Notes under the pieces: generated by a model
Seen by the model: the letters and a program-made list of their open reading frames with translations, nothing else
Database searches by the model: none
What the model was told of the DNA's origin: nothing
Translations under genes and position numbers: made by a program
DNA from: an uncultured virus (IMG/VR IMGVR_UViG_3300049847_000281)
Taxonomy: Duplodnaviria; Heunggongvirae; Uroviricota; Caudoviricetes
DNA: 64,000 bases
Virus record (IMG/VR): IMGVR_UViG_3300049847_000281
Direction: 5' to 3' (one strand)
Shown here: positions 8,689 to 16,956 of the stretch, piece by piece
Numbering within the stretch: position 1 is the first letter of the stretch
How the letters are laid out: each line of letters begins with the position of its first letter

Positions 8689-9279
8689 ATGAAAAAGAAA
8701 CAATTTCTACTGAATGTAGCATGGAGCAGAGAAGCGTACACGCTACAGCAATCAAAGGGCTGGAAGAAAGCCCTCAAAGGTGAGGCATGCGAAACCATTT
8801 CATTTGCAACCAAAGCAGAGCGAACCGCCTACATGAAAGCGTTAGGCGATGGAAGCGGCTGGATTGAACCATTCTGCGAAGCCGTCCCCGACAAGCCGAA
8901 GGGAAAGACCGCAGAGCAGCTACTCAAGCTATACCCCGAAGCGAAGGAGATGATTGAGTACCTTACGGGCAAAGAGCAGCACTACTCATTCAGAGGCGAC
9001 CGCACTATTGACGCGCTGGGCGCTGGCGAATTCTTCTACAATGCAGAGGGGCTGGATTATTACGTGTTCGATTCGCTGGAGAAGACCATCAAATGTTTCT
9101 TCTCAGACACGCGCTGCAACCGTTACGAACACGCCTCAGCGTATTATTCGTACAGCAGCTACCTTTCCAAACTGAAAGACGGAGAAGTGTTGCTGGATGA
9201 ATACGGCAACGTGGGCTTCTGCGATTTCACCAATGAAGACTTCACCCCGAAGCAGATTCGTAAAGCACGGGAGGAATAA
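8689..9279 (+). CDS. cassette 9 hypothetical protein
   Basis: 196 aa after repeat 9. Confidence 0.85.
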   Translation: MKKKQFLLNVAWSREAYTLQQSKGWKKALKGEACETISFATKAERTAYMKALGDGSGWIEPFCEAVPDKPKGKTAEQLLKLYPEAKEMIEYLTGKEQHYSFRGDRTIDALGAGEFFYNAEGLDYYVFDSLEKTIKCFFSDTRCNRYEHASAYYSYSSYLSKLKDGEVLLDEYGNVGFCDFTNEDFTPKQIRKAREE

Positions 9280-9339
9280 TGTGATGACCATGTGCCAGCT
9301 GGCGCATGGTAAACAACTAACAATTAAAAACTTACACCT

Positions 9340-9627
9340 ATGAAAAACACAATCAAAGCAGCACTCGAAAAGATGCTCATCCCTACCCGCGTGTGGGTGG
9401 TAACAAACGAAGAGAACACGCTCATTGCCGTAATAGGGGCAGATAACGGGCATGAATTCGAAAGCAAGTTAGCGATAGCCACCGCTGAACACTACGATGC
9501 AGATACGGTAGTTACGCTCAACGACTACAACGAGATGCAGGGGCGTTTAAAAGCCACCGTAAAGATTACCAGCGATGGAGACACCTACACCGAAGAACTA
9601 CGCATACAGTTTACCGCAAGGTACTGA
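9340..9627 (+). CDS. cassette 10 hypothetical protein
   Basis: 95 aa; stop abuts repeat 11. Confidence 0.85.
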   Translation: MKNTIKAALEKMLIPTRVWVVTNEENTLIAVIGADNGHEFESKLAIATAEHYDADTVVTLNDYNEMQGRLKATVKITSDGDTYTEELRIQFTARY

Positions 9628-9679
9628 GTGATGACGGGGGCGCACGCCCTCGTAAACAACTAACCAAAAATTCAATCCA

Positions 9680-9898
9680 ATGGAAGCAACAACCGCAGCA
9701 AAGCAAAAGTTCATCGAAAAGATGGAAGCCCATTTCGGGGGAATACTCGCCAACTTCACCATCGAAGAGGTGGGTGAAGAGACTATCTATTCCCTCTTCA
9801 AGAGTGGCGCAATGGAAGAGGTGGCATGGTTTAACAACGGCTCACAGAAGGGCGTGATGGAGGGGGCTGATATGGAAGACGATGACGAAGAAGAGTGA
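9680..9898 (+). CDS. cassette 11 small acidic protein
   Basis: 72 aa ending MEDDDEEE; stop within repeat 12. Confidence 0.85.
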   Translation: MEATTAAKQKFIEKMEAHFGGILANFTIEEVGEETIYSLFKSGAMEEVAWFNNGSQKGVMEGADMEDDDEEE

Positions 9899-9951
9899 TG
9901 ACAGCCGTACACAGTCGGCTGGAAACAACTAACAATTAAAAACTTACTACT

Positions 9952-10125
9952 ATGAAAACCAAACCAACCAAAACCGAGATTGCACTCGCATCCAAAGTCT
10001 TTTACAATCTTCACTATCAGGGAATGCTAACTCCCGAACAGGAGTCTTTGCTGGAGAATGCAACAGAAGTAATGGAGCAAGCAGGGCTGCTTGACGAAAA
10101 TGGAGAGCCAATTACGGAAGACTAA
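9952..10125 (+). CDS. cassette 12 small protein (57 aa, absent from ORF track)
   Basis: MKTKPTKTEIALASKVFYNLHYQGMLTPEQESLLENATEVMEQAGLLDENGEPITED. Confidence 0.85.
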   Translation: MKTKPTKTEIALASKVFYNLHYQGMLTPEQESLLENATEVMEQAGLLDENGEPITED

Positions 10126-10184
10126 CCGCACCAAAGTGATGACGGGCGCACAGCCCGTAAACAACTAACTTAAATTTTCAACCT

Positions 10185-10535
10185 ATGGCAACATTATTAA
10201 ACAGAACCAAGCGCACCAAGAACGGGGGGCTTGCACCGTCCAACGTCACGCGGGAACTCGTCAGCACGGGGCATAAGAACCGTCCGCTCATCTGTTCCCT
10301 TGAGATGGGCGACTACCTCACCTTTCGTGCGAAGGGGACACGTACCAAGTACACGATACACCTCAAGAACGTGTACTACCTTGCGATGATGAAGTACATA
10401 CAGGAACGGTATGAGAAGAAACTTGAGAAGTACAAAGACCGTAAAGCCGCTGGGCTGCGTGCCGTCCGTCCGTCCAAACCACGATTGGTGGGGGTGGGGG
10501 CAGATACCCTCTCAGCACTTGCGATGAAAGCGTGA
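10185..10535 (+). CDS. cassette 13 basic hypothetical protein
   Basis: 116 aa; stop within repeat 14. Confidence 0.85.
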   Translation: MATLLNRTKRTKNGGLAPSNVTRELVSTGHKNRPLICSLEMGDYLTFRAKGTRTKYTIHLKNVYYLAMMKYIQERYEKKLEKYKDRKAAGLRAVRPSKPRLVGVGADTLSALAMKA

Positions 10536-10590
10536 TGACGGGAGAGTTTATCTCTCTCGGAAACAACTAACAATCTAAAATCAAAAACCT

Positions 10591-11136
10591 ATGAAAAAGA
10601 CAACAATGTGTGTATGTGTTATCAACCCCGATAACATAGAATTCGAAGGGGCTTTCAAAGACCTTTCAGACAAAGATGTTCTGCGTTTGGCGAGAGCCGC
10701 TAACGAAGTCTATCCGCTCAAGCAATTCGAAAGTCTCTTTAACGCGGAAATGCTGCCGATAGGAAATGCGTTCATTCGCTTTCTCGAAGTAGACGAATAT
10801 GAACTGTTTGAACAGAAGTTATTCGAAAAGTACGGAGTAGAAACTCACGCTATGCTCATGGACAAAATTACCGATGAAGAAGACGCAAAGCTAAATGCAC
10901 TCTCGGTACAGGGCAAAGCAGCGCGTCCCACAATTACCATCAAGAACATCGAAAGTTCCATCGCTTCACAACTTCCGCTCACGGGCGCATGCGCCTCCGA
11001 ACTCAGGCGCGAAGGAGTGAAAGACGGAGACACTTACCAAGCCGAAAAGAACAGCGGAGAAAACGGCATGTGGATTACCGCGCCAAGCGGGGCTACGTGT
11101 GTGGTGTATACAGACTTCTTTGAGGTGACAGAGTGA
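10591..11136 (+). CDS. cassette 14 hypothetical protein
   Basis: 181 aa; stop within repeat 15. Confidence 0.85.
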   Translation: MKKTTMCVCVINPDNIEFEGAFKDLSDKDVLRLARAANEVYPLKQFESLFNAEMLPIGNAFIRFLEVDEYELFEQKLFEKYGVETHAMLMDKITDEEDAKLNALSVQGKAARPTITIKNIESSIASQLPLTGACASELRREGVKDGDTYQAEKNSGENGMWITAPSGATCVVYTDFFEVTE

Positions 11137-11192
11137 TGAGTGGCGGCTTTATGCTGCCATTAAACAACTAACATTTTAAAACCAAATACACA

Positions 11193-11864
11193 ATGAAAAA
11201 AAGAGTAACAACTGCCGAGAAATTGGCAGCAGAGTTTCGCGCTAAAGTAGCGCAGACTAAGTACGCGATACAGGAGAAGTATCAGCGTAAACTTCAGTTA
11301 GAACTACGCTGGACGGTGAGCAAAGGACGCGACACCTACGGGTATAACATCTGCACGCTGTTTGTGAACGGGATAAAAGCCGCAGCATGCAACGGAGGAG
11401 GTTATGACATGCAGGGGACGAGCGTAGGTAATTGGATGGCAACAGCTTTTCCCGAACGGCTGTACAACATGGTGAAAGAGCCGCATTACGGTCTTTCGTT
11501 TCACAACCCCACGTTTAACGTGATGGAAGAGAGACTTGAGAAGTCAGACGGATGCTTCACCGACAAAGAGGATGAAGGCAAGACCTTTGCCGAGTTGAAA
11601 GCGGCTGGGAAAATTGTCGACCTCGACATTCACAGGGCATGGTACAGAGGCAGCAGCAAGACACCTACGGAAAAACATCTCTACGGGCTTATTGACGGGG
11701 CAAGCGGCAGGAGTTCGGTGCAGAAGATAGGCGAGACCATCGGATTGAAGTTTGAGTACATCAACACGCGCTCAAAGAACGATACGCTGTACACCGTGTA
11801 CGACTACGTGAAGGAAGAGAGCGTAGGGCATCCCGCAAAGGAGGTAGAGCATGAGAAAGCGTAG
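11193..11864 (+). CDS. cassette 15 hypothetical protein
   Basis: 223 aa after repeat 15; GGGYDMQGT motif. Confidence 0.85.
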   Translation: MKKRVTTAEKLAAEFRAKVAQTKYAIQEKYQRKLQLELRWTVSKGRDTYGYNICTLFVNGIKAAACNGGGYDMQGTSVGNWMATAFPERLYNMVKEPHYGLSFHNPTFNVMEERLEKSDGCFTDKEDEGKTFAELKAAGKIVDLDIHRAWYRGSSKTPTEKHLYGLIDGASGRSSVQKIGETIGLKFEYINTRSKNDTLYTVYDYVKEESVGHPAKEVEHEKA

Positions 11865-11952
11865 ACGCAAGATAACACCGTTCACGTGGGCGGTGCTGCT
11901 CCTCTCGGCTGGCTGCCTCCTCTTGCTGCAATGGCTTACACGTGCCAAGTGA
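11851..11952 (+). CDS. 33-aa membrane micropeptide
   Basis: MRKRRRKITPFTWAVLLLSAGCLLLLQWLTRAK; AGGAGGT upstream; stop is the TGA of repeat 16. Confidence 0.6.
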   Translation: MRKRRRKITPFTWAVLLLSAGCLLLLQWLTRAK

Positions 11953-11996
11953 TGACTACCTCCAAAGAGGTAGTAAACTACTAACAATTACACACC

Positions 11997-12182
11997 ATGA
12001 AAAATCAAACCACCATTAACTTCACCAAAGAGAAAGTTGAAGAACTGCGTAAGTTGTACAACCATGCTGTTGAAAACAAAATCGAACTGTTTCAGTTTGA
12101 GGGCAACGACATCCTTACCGAATTCGCAAAGTACATGCTACAGTACCTCGATTCAAAGTTTAAAAATTCCAAACTCAACTAA
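11997..12182 (+). CDS. cassette 16 small protein
   Basis: 61 aa after repeat 16. Confidence 0.8.
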   Translation: MKNQTTINFTKEKVEELRKLYNHAVENKIELFQFEGNDILTEFAKYMLQYLDSKFKNSKLN

Positions 12183-12186
12183 CCTC

Positions 12187-12567
12187 ATGAAAAAAATTAT
12201 CATCAGCGGAAAGCCCTATTGGTACAATCCAAAGCTCGGCTTTCTGTTCTACGACTTTAAAATGACCAAGCAGGTAGTGATGGGCATCTTCAACGCGCAA
12301 GAGCATGCCTCGTTCCTTGAGCAGATTGCACGCAAAGAGACCGACCCGAAGACGCTGGAAAGTTTGATGCTCAAGCACGGGAAGGTTGGCGAAGTCTTCT
12401 TCTCTATGCGCGAGGACAGACTGATTACAGCAGCTGCAAACTATTACAAGCGTACCGTCACTACCGAGCGCATGCTACTCGTCAGCAGCGCGAAGGCAGA
12501 ACCTACCGCAGAGTATATCACAAAAGTAACACTAACCTCTAATTTAAACAGCGATGAAATCAAGTGA
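12187..12567 (+). CDS. hypothetical protein (start MKKIIIS)
   Basis: ATG 5 nt after the previous stop. Confidence 0.7.
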   Translation: MKKIIISGKPYWYNPKLGFLFYDFKMTKQVVMGIFNAQEHASFLEQIARKETDPKTLESLMLKHGKVGEVFFSMREDRLITAAANYYKRTVTTERMLLVSSAKAEPTAEYITKVTLTSNLNSDEIK

Positions 12568-12838
12568 ACTCAATCTATGGCACTCCATGCCTGCACCACC
12601 GCAGCACATGCGCCATCGCTGCTCCCAATGCAAGCGACCGCTGGCGGTGGAACTGCAAACCGAAAAGTACAACGCAGAACTGAGTGATGTGATAACACAC
12701 ATTCAGAAGACGGGAAAGAAGATGAAGCGCGGGAAAGTGCTGCGGTGGCGTTACAAGTCGCAAGGGCATTTCTGCACCTACCGATGCGGAACCATCTTTG
12801 CAAATAAAACAGTTGATAATCTAAACTCACGTTACTAA
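12554..12838 (+). CDS. zinc-finger-like small protein
   Basis: CSQC...FCTYRC. Confidence 0.6.
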   Translation: MKSSELNLWHSMPAPPQHMRHRCSQCKRPLAVELQTEKYNAELSDVITHIQKTGKKMKRGKVLRWRYKSQGHFCTYRCGTIFANKTVDNLNSRY

Positions 12839-12851
12839 CAATCCAAACTAC

Positions 12852-13142
12852 ATGTCAGACACCACCGACCCGAAAAACAAAACCTACCGCGTGTATTACC
12901 TCCCCGTAGGACGCATGCCCTCGCTCATCAGAGCCGAGCGCATGCGCAAGGAACTCACGCTGGAACAGCTGTCAAAACTTACCGGGTGTACACAGCCGCA
13001 CCTCAGCAACATAGAATCAGGCGAGACCATGCCTACGCTGGACACGCTGGAAGTCATCTTCACCGCTCTCAACATTAAACTCTTCTCATCGCGTCATTAC
13101 GCGGGGCAGAAGAACCACGATGTGCAGATAGAAGGTGAATAA
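12852..13142 (+). CDS. XRE-family HTH regulator
   Basis: IRAERMRKELTLEQLSKLTGCTQPHLSNIESGETMPTLDTL. Confidence 0.9.
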   Translation: MSDTTDPKNKTYRVYYLPVGRMPSLIRAERMRKELTLEQLSKLTGCTQPHLSNIESGETMPTLDTLEVIFTALNIKLFSSRHYAGQKNHDVQIEGE

Positions 13143-13181
13143 AATTTATTCTTGGTTATGTTGTGGGTATCAAATTAGATT

Positions 13182-13189
13182 TATATTTG
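13182..13189 (+). promoter_or_regulatory. Bacteroidota -7 promoter element
   Basis: TATATTTG upstream of ATG 13215. Confidence 0.55.
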
Positions 13190-13214
13190 CCCCGTCTAAT
13201 CAAACAACTGTTTT

Positions 13215-13439
13215 ATGGCGTTAACAAAAAAGACCGCAGCAAAACCAAAGCGCATGCACAACCTTGATGACTTAAAGACCGTTCGCAACTTTGCAGAAAT
13301 GCACAGGGTTACACACGGCTACATCAATCAATGTATCGCGCTGGGCAAGATTACCCCCACGCTGGTAGATGGGAAAGTCTTCGTGGACTTCACTCAACAC
13401 CCTGCACTTCCTTCGAAAACAAAACACACTCCGCGCTGA
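13215..13439 (+). CDS. small Xis/MerR-like DNA-binding protein
   Basis: TVRNFAEMHRVTHGYINQCIALGKI...VDGKVFV. Confidence 0.6.
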   Translation: MALTKKTAAKPKRMHNLDDLKTVRNFAEMHRVTHGYINQCIALGKITPTLVDGKVFVDFTQHPALPSKTKHTPR

Positions 13440-13452
13440 GGTGGGCAAAAAG

Positions 13453-13481
13453 ATTCGCCCCCCACAGGGCGGATTTTTTTT
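13453..13481 (+). terminator. intrinsic terminator
   Basis: ATTCGCCC-CCCACA-GGGCGGAT followed by a T-tract. Confidence 0.75.
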
Positions 13482-13500
13482 GCTCTTTTCAGTTATAAAT

Positions 13501-13535
13501 TAACCACTAACCACTAACCACTAACCACTAACCAC
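13501..13535 (+). repeat. (TAACCAC)x5 tandem repeat abutting a start codon
   Basis: Five exact 7-mers, then ATG 13536. Confidence 0.95.
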
Positions 13536-13778
13536 ATGTCAAAAAACGACCAGCTCCAGCAAGCCATCGAAAAACAATTTCCCGACTGCATGGTGTTCTT
13601 CTCCGATGAGCCGTTCACCATCCTCGACAGCGATGTGAAGCCGCTAACTATCAAAGAGCAGCAGGTGTTCATCAAAATTTACCGCGCACAGGGCAAGCAC
13701 AAGCCCGTGCTGCGCTTTTCTCTCCGCTGCGGGGCATTGCCGCGCAGATTCAAGAAGGTGATTATAATCGAATCCTAA
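13536..13778 (+). CDS. hypothetical protein
   Basis: 80-aa ORF. Confidence 0.65.
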   Translation: MSKNDQLQQAIEKQFPDCMVFFSDEPFTILDSDVKPLTIKEQQVFIKIYRAQGKHKPVLRFSLRCGALPRRFKKVIIIES

Positions 13779-13789
13779 TCCATCAATAC

Positions 13790-14185
13790 ATGAAAGCAGA
13801 ACTTAACCCACATGCGCGAATCAAAGCGCAACTAAATTATGTAGCACTCTCCGCCATCGAGCAAACAATCAAAGCGAGAGTGGCTGCCGAATTCTCAGAA
13901 GAGAGAGCTACACTACAAAAAGAGAACGACACCCTGCATGCCGAGCAACGAGCGTTCGAGGTCGAGGCGACAACAATTCTAAGAACGTGTACCGTTCAAA
14001 CAAAGTTGAAAATAAAAACGCTAACTATTTTTCGTGACGGAAACACACTCATCAGGGTCTACAACGGACATCTTGCCAACAAATTCACATCAGGCATCTT
14101 TGACTTCATCGACAACGATGTTTATGACGGCAAACCCTTTGGTATAGGTCTCAGCCATCTCCTCGCCATCGAAGTGGTGGAATAA
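13790..14185 (+). CDS. hypothetical protein
   Basis: 131-aa ORF. Confidence 0.7.
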   Translation: MKAELNPHARIKAQLNYVALSAIEQTIKARVAAEFSEERATLQKENDTLHAEQRAFEVEATTILRTCTVQTKLKIKTLTIFRDGNTLIRVYNGHLANKFTSGIFDFIDNDVYDGKPFGIGLSHLLAIEVVE

Positions 14186-14210
14186 CCCGCTTGTTCAGCA
14201 TATAAAAAAA

Positions 14211-14243
14211 TTTGCTTTTTCAGAATCTTTTGTTTTATATTTG
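14211..14243 (+). promoter_or_regulatory. Bacteroidota promoter
   Basis: TTTG 14211-14214 and TATATTTG 14236-14243, 21-nt spacing. Confidence 0.7.
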
Positions 14244-14345
14244 CGCTCGACAGAAGTACGACAGCATGAGCGCACACCTCAACATACAGCAGAGCCAGCT
14301 TTTCACTCATGGCAGCGCTATAGCCAACAATCAAAATCTTCGCGT

Positions 14346-14813
14346 ATGAATTCCGACAGCCAGCTGAAGCACATCATGCGCAAGACAGGACGCAAGCCCG
14401 TTGCATGTAAATGCAAACTATGCAAAGAGCAATGTACCCGCAGCGTGTGTTTAGGAACTCCGCAGGATATTGAGAAACTAATTGATGCAGGGTATGGCGA
14501 CAAAATAAAAATTACTACATGGGCTGCGGGAATAAGAATAGGCGTTACCACACAAGTTATCACAATGTTTCAAGCTCAGATGACTGAGAGTGGCTGCATC
14601 TTTTTGAAAGATGGCTTATGCACATTACACGACAAAGGATTGAAGCCGACAGAAGGAAAACTTTCTCATCACTCCATCACCGAAGAAAATTATACCCCAA
14701 AGAAAGGGGTAACATGGAATGTAGCGAAAGAATGGCTGGACAAAGAAAACGAAACAACGATATTAAGAGTTGCACTTAAACTTATGAACAATGGGACTAC
14801 TGAAAATATATGA
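14346..14813 (+). CDS. YkgJ-like Cys-cluster (Zn/Fe-chelating) protein
   Basis: CKCKLCKEQC...C...GCIFLKDGLCTLH..GLKP. Start moved downstream because TTG 14241 lies in the promoter. Confidence 0.7.
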   Translation: MNSDSQLKHIMRKTGRKPVACKCKLCKEQCTRSVCLGTPQDIEKLIDAGYGDKIKITTWAAGIRIGVTTQVITMFQAQMTESGCIFLKDGLCTLHDKGLKPTEGKLSHHSITEENYTPKKGVTWNVAKEWLDKENETTILRVALKLMNNGTTENI

Positions 14814-15561
14814 GCGCAAATACAAGTGGAGCGGACACCCCTTGACAAAGGAAGAAAAAACAGAACCGATAAAATCTTTGGAAGATTTAGGTGACGTGCG
14901 TTCTGCAATAGTGAACACAAACAAATTTAAAACCGAACACTACCGAACACTTGACTTCCTGCGAGAGCTGTACGATAAAACAAAAACGGTGTCGCAGCCG
15001 GGACATGTGTCACTTACTGAACTTAGAAACAAACATCGTGTCGCAACAATTATCCCAAAGATATTATTAGAGCGACATCTGCTCATCGAAATTAATCACA
15101 ACAAGTTCAAACCATCATACAAATGGAATACCATACCGCCTGTGATGGCGACTGTTGAAAAATTACTTGAAGATAAACCGTACTTTGAAAAACAGAAACA
15201 GGAAAGCAAACTGGTATTAGCTAAAGCCCACGAACAAAAGCCGCTGCAACCGCTCTTTGACATGCAACAGATTCTTGAAGCACTTAAATACCATATTCCT
15301 CAGCAGCACATTGACTACAACGTCATCAGCAATGTAGTACAGGAAACATTGACTGCGATGCTGCCGCAAATGGAGCTGCGCATCATGCAAGCTCTGCTGG
15401 CGCAGATACCGCAGGTAGCTAAAGATTCCGTTATGCAGATGCCGCTTCCAAAAACAGAAATCAAAATTGTGGAGGTAGAAAAAGTTATCGAACACCACCA
15501 TCACCACATTACTCCCGAAGCTAAAAAATCTTTCTTTGACAAATTCAAATCTAACACTTAA
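14791..15561 (+). CDS. hypothetical protein
   Basis: 256 aa; EHHHHH near C-terminus. Confidence 0.75.
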   Translation: MGLLKIYERKYKWSGHPLTKEEKTEPIKSLEDLGDVRSAIVNTNKFKTEHYRTLDFLRELYDKTKTVSQPGHVSLTELRNKHRVATIIPKILLERHLLIEINHNKFKPSYKWNTIPPVMATVEKLLEDKPYFEKQKQESKLVLAKAHEQKPLQPLFDMQQILEALKYHIPQQHIDYNVISNVVQETLTAMLPQMELRIMQALLAQIPQVAKDSVMQMPLPKTEIKIVEVEKVIEHHHHHITPEAKKSFFDKFKSNT

Positions 15562-15572
15562 ACAACAATTCT

Positions 15573-15992
15573 ATGAAGCTAATCATTTATGAACGTACAG
15601 GCAGGCACAAACAATCTGCTATGGTAACGTACAAAAACCCGCACCTTCGCTTTAGCGAAGCGCTGGTAAAAGAAAAAAACCTGACTCCTGACATCCGTGT
15701 CGCCTTCCACATCAACGAAGACGAAGCTGCTCCCAACAATCAGGTATTGCAGCTGATGATGCCGGGAGACGCAGGAGCAGAGAACGAGCTGAAGCTGAAA
15801 ACAGGCGGCTCTCACACCAAAGCACTTTCCATTACCTCTAAGAAACTTGCCGAGAGCGGCTTTCAGAACGGGCAGTATAGGATGGAAGAGTTTGTGCTGG
15901 ACGGAGTAACTTATTATGCACTTAAATTTGAAGCGCCTGTTAAGGAGCGCAAGATGAAAGAAAAGAAAGGAGCGCAAGATGAAACTAACTAA
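15573..15992 (+). CDS. hypothetical protein (tandem trio 1)
   Basis: MKL...ERTG N-terminus. Confidence 0.75.
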   Translation: MKLIIYERTGRHKQSAMVTYKNPHLRFSEALVKEKNLTPDIRVAFHINEDEAAPNNQVLQLMMPGDAGAENELKLKTGGSHTKALSITSKKLAESGFQNGQYRMEEFVLDGVTYYALKFEAPVKERKMKEKKGAQDETN

Positions 15993-16380
15993 GCTGACGA
16001 TAAAAGAACGGACTGGCGCAAAAACAAACGACACAACAAGGACAAACTGGTACGCCCCGCTCATCGTTGTTCGTACAACAAGAGTTTACTTCTCTCCTCC
16101 GCAAGCGTCCCTCTTTGCTCTCGGAGAGATGCGGCACGGGATGGTCTTTGCCAGCGACTCCGAGCACCCCGAAGACTGGTACATCCACTTCTCGGAGCTA
16201 AAGGATGTGCCCAGCCACGCCATCCACTACAACGTAAAGACCAAAGTTTATTTCGTAGATAACGGAGCAAAGAAATTAACCCTCCCTCCGATTGGCAACT
16301 ACAAAACATCTATCGACTCATTCATTTCATCGGAAGACCCTCTGAAAAGACGCTTCCACAAACTCATCTTATGCAGCTAA
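15979..16380 (+). CDS. hypothetical protein (tandem trio 2)
   Basis: MKL...ERTG N-terminus. Confidence 0.75.
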   Translation: MKLTKLTIKERTGAKTNDTTRTNWYAPLIVVRTTRVYFSPPQASLFALGEMRHGMVFASDSEHPEDWYIHFSELKDVPSHAIHYNVKTKVYFVDNGAKKLTLPPIGNYKTSIDSFISSEDPLKRRFHKLILCS

Positions 16381-16757
16381 AAAAAATAGAAACCGTTCGC
16401 ACAGGAGGAATAAAACAGCGCGTCTCAAATAAGCCCGATAAACCCTATGTTAACATCGCAACATCGATGGGCATACCCAACATCACCGTGGAGCACCTGA
16501 AGGTGGTAGATGGCATGGGTATAGCGGTAGCGCAAACCGATTCCGGCAGGTGGGGGTTCATACTCTCTAACCCTCCCAAAGAGACACACTTTGCAATGAT
16601 GCGCAACACAACGCCCAGTGCCACCTACCAAAGTTTCTGTGTAAAGGAGGCACTCCTCAACGGGCTGGAGAAGGGAATTTACTATGTAGGAGAACCGGAG
16701 GAACATGATGGACAAACGGTGTACCTGCTCACTAAAATCGAAGCACATGGAAAATAA
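16371..16757 (+). CDS. hypothetical protein (tandem trio 3)
   Basis: MQL...VRTG N-terminus. Confidence 0.75.
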   Translation: MQLKKIETVRTGGIKQRVSNKPDKPYVNIATSMGIPNITVEHLKVVDGMGIAVAQTDSGRWGFILSNPPKETHFAMMRNTTPSATYQSFCVKEALLNGLEKGIYYVGEPEEHDGQTVYLLTKIEAHGK

Positions 16758-16956
16758 CGATTGGGTGATGCCGCAATGGATGGAGCCGTACCGCCAACAC
16801 TTTCACAACACGGGGGGCAACACCATCGAAGAGGTGATGAACCGCAAAGATATTACCGTCTTCAACAACGCGCCTATGGCACTCATCTGTACAGCTGTCG
16901 AAAGTCAGGTGGCGCTCCTGCACACACTTCACAAGGCGGGGCTACTTCAGCAGTAG
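16747..16956 (+). CDS. hypothetical protein (MENNDW start)
   Basis: Overlaps the previous stop; last rightward gene of the block. Confidence 0.6.
   Translation: MENNDWVMPQWMEPYRQHFHNTGGNTIEEVMNRKDITVFNNAPMALICTAVESQVALLHTLHKAGLLQQ

Larger units (their letters stand above)
4449..11996 (+). repeat. array of 16 conserved intergenic elements GTGATGA-hairpin-(T/G/A)AAACAACTAAC-leader-ATG, one per gene cassette
   Basis: Copies at 4449-4508, 5446-5507, 5694-5752, 6428-6479, 6827-6883, 7215-7269, 7755-7811, 8120-8176, 8632-8688, 9281-9339, 9628-9679, 9895-9951, 10136-10184, 10532-10590, 11133-11192 and 11949-11996. Each ends at an ATG. Confidence 0.97.

Noticed and set aside
4449..11996. CRISPR array interpretation of the 16 repeats
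   Set aside because: The intervening units are 170-920-nt genes, the repeat interiors vary, and there are no cas genes
4449..11996. Classical integron attC sites
   Set aside because: No paired RYYYAAC/GTTRRRY boxes flank the hairpin, and the integrase has a phage arm-binding architecture with no IntI-specific insertion visible
4449..11996. Rho-independent terminators or per-gene promoters
   Set aside because: The hairpins are followed by A/C-rich sequence, not U-tracts, on the coding strand, and no TAnnTTTG lies in the element. Weak antisense-strand termination is not excluded.
14241..14345. TTG start for the Cys-cluster gene
   Set aside because: The TTG is part of the TATATTTG promoter element
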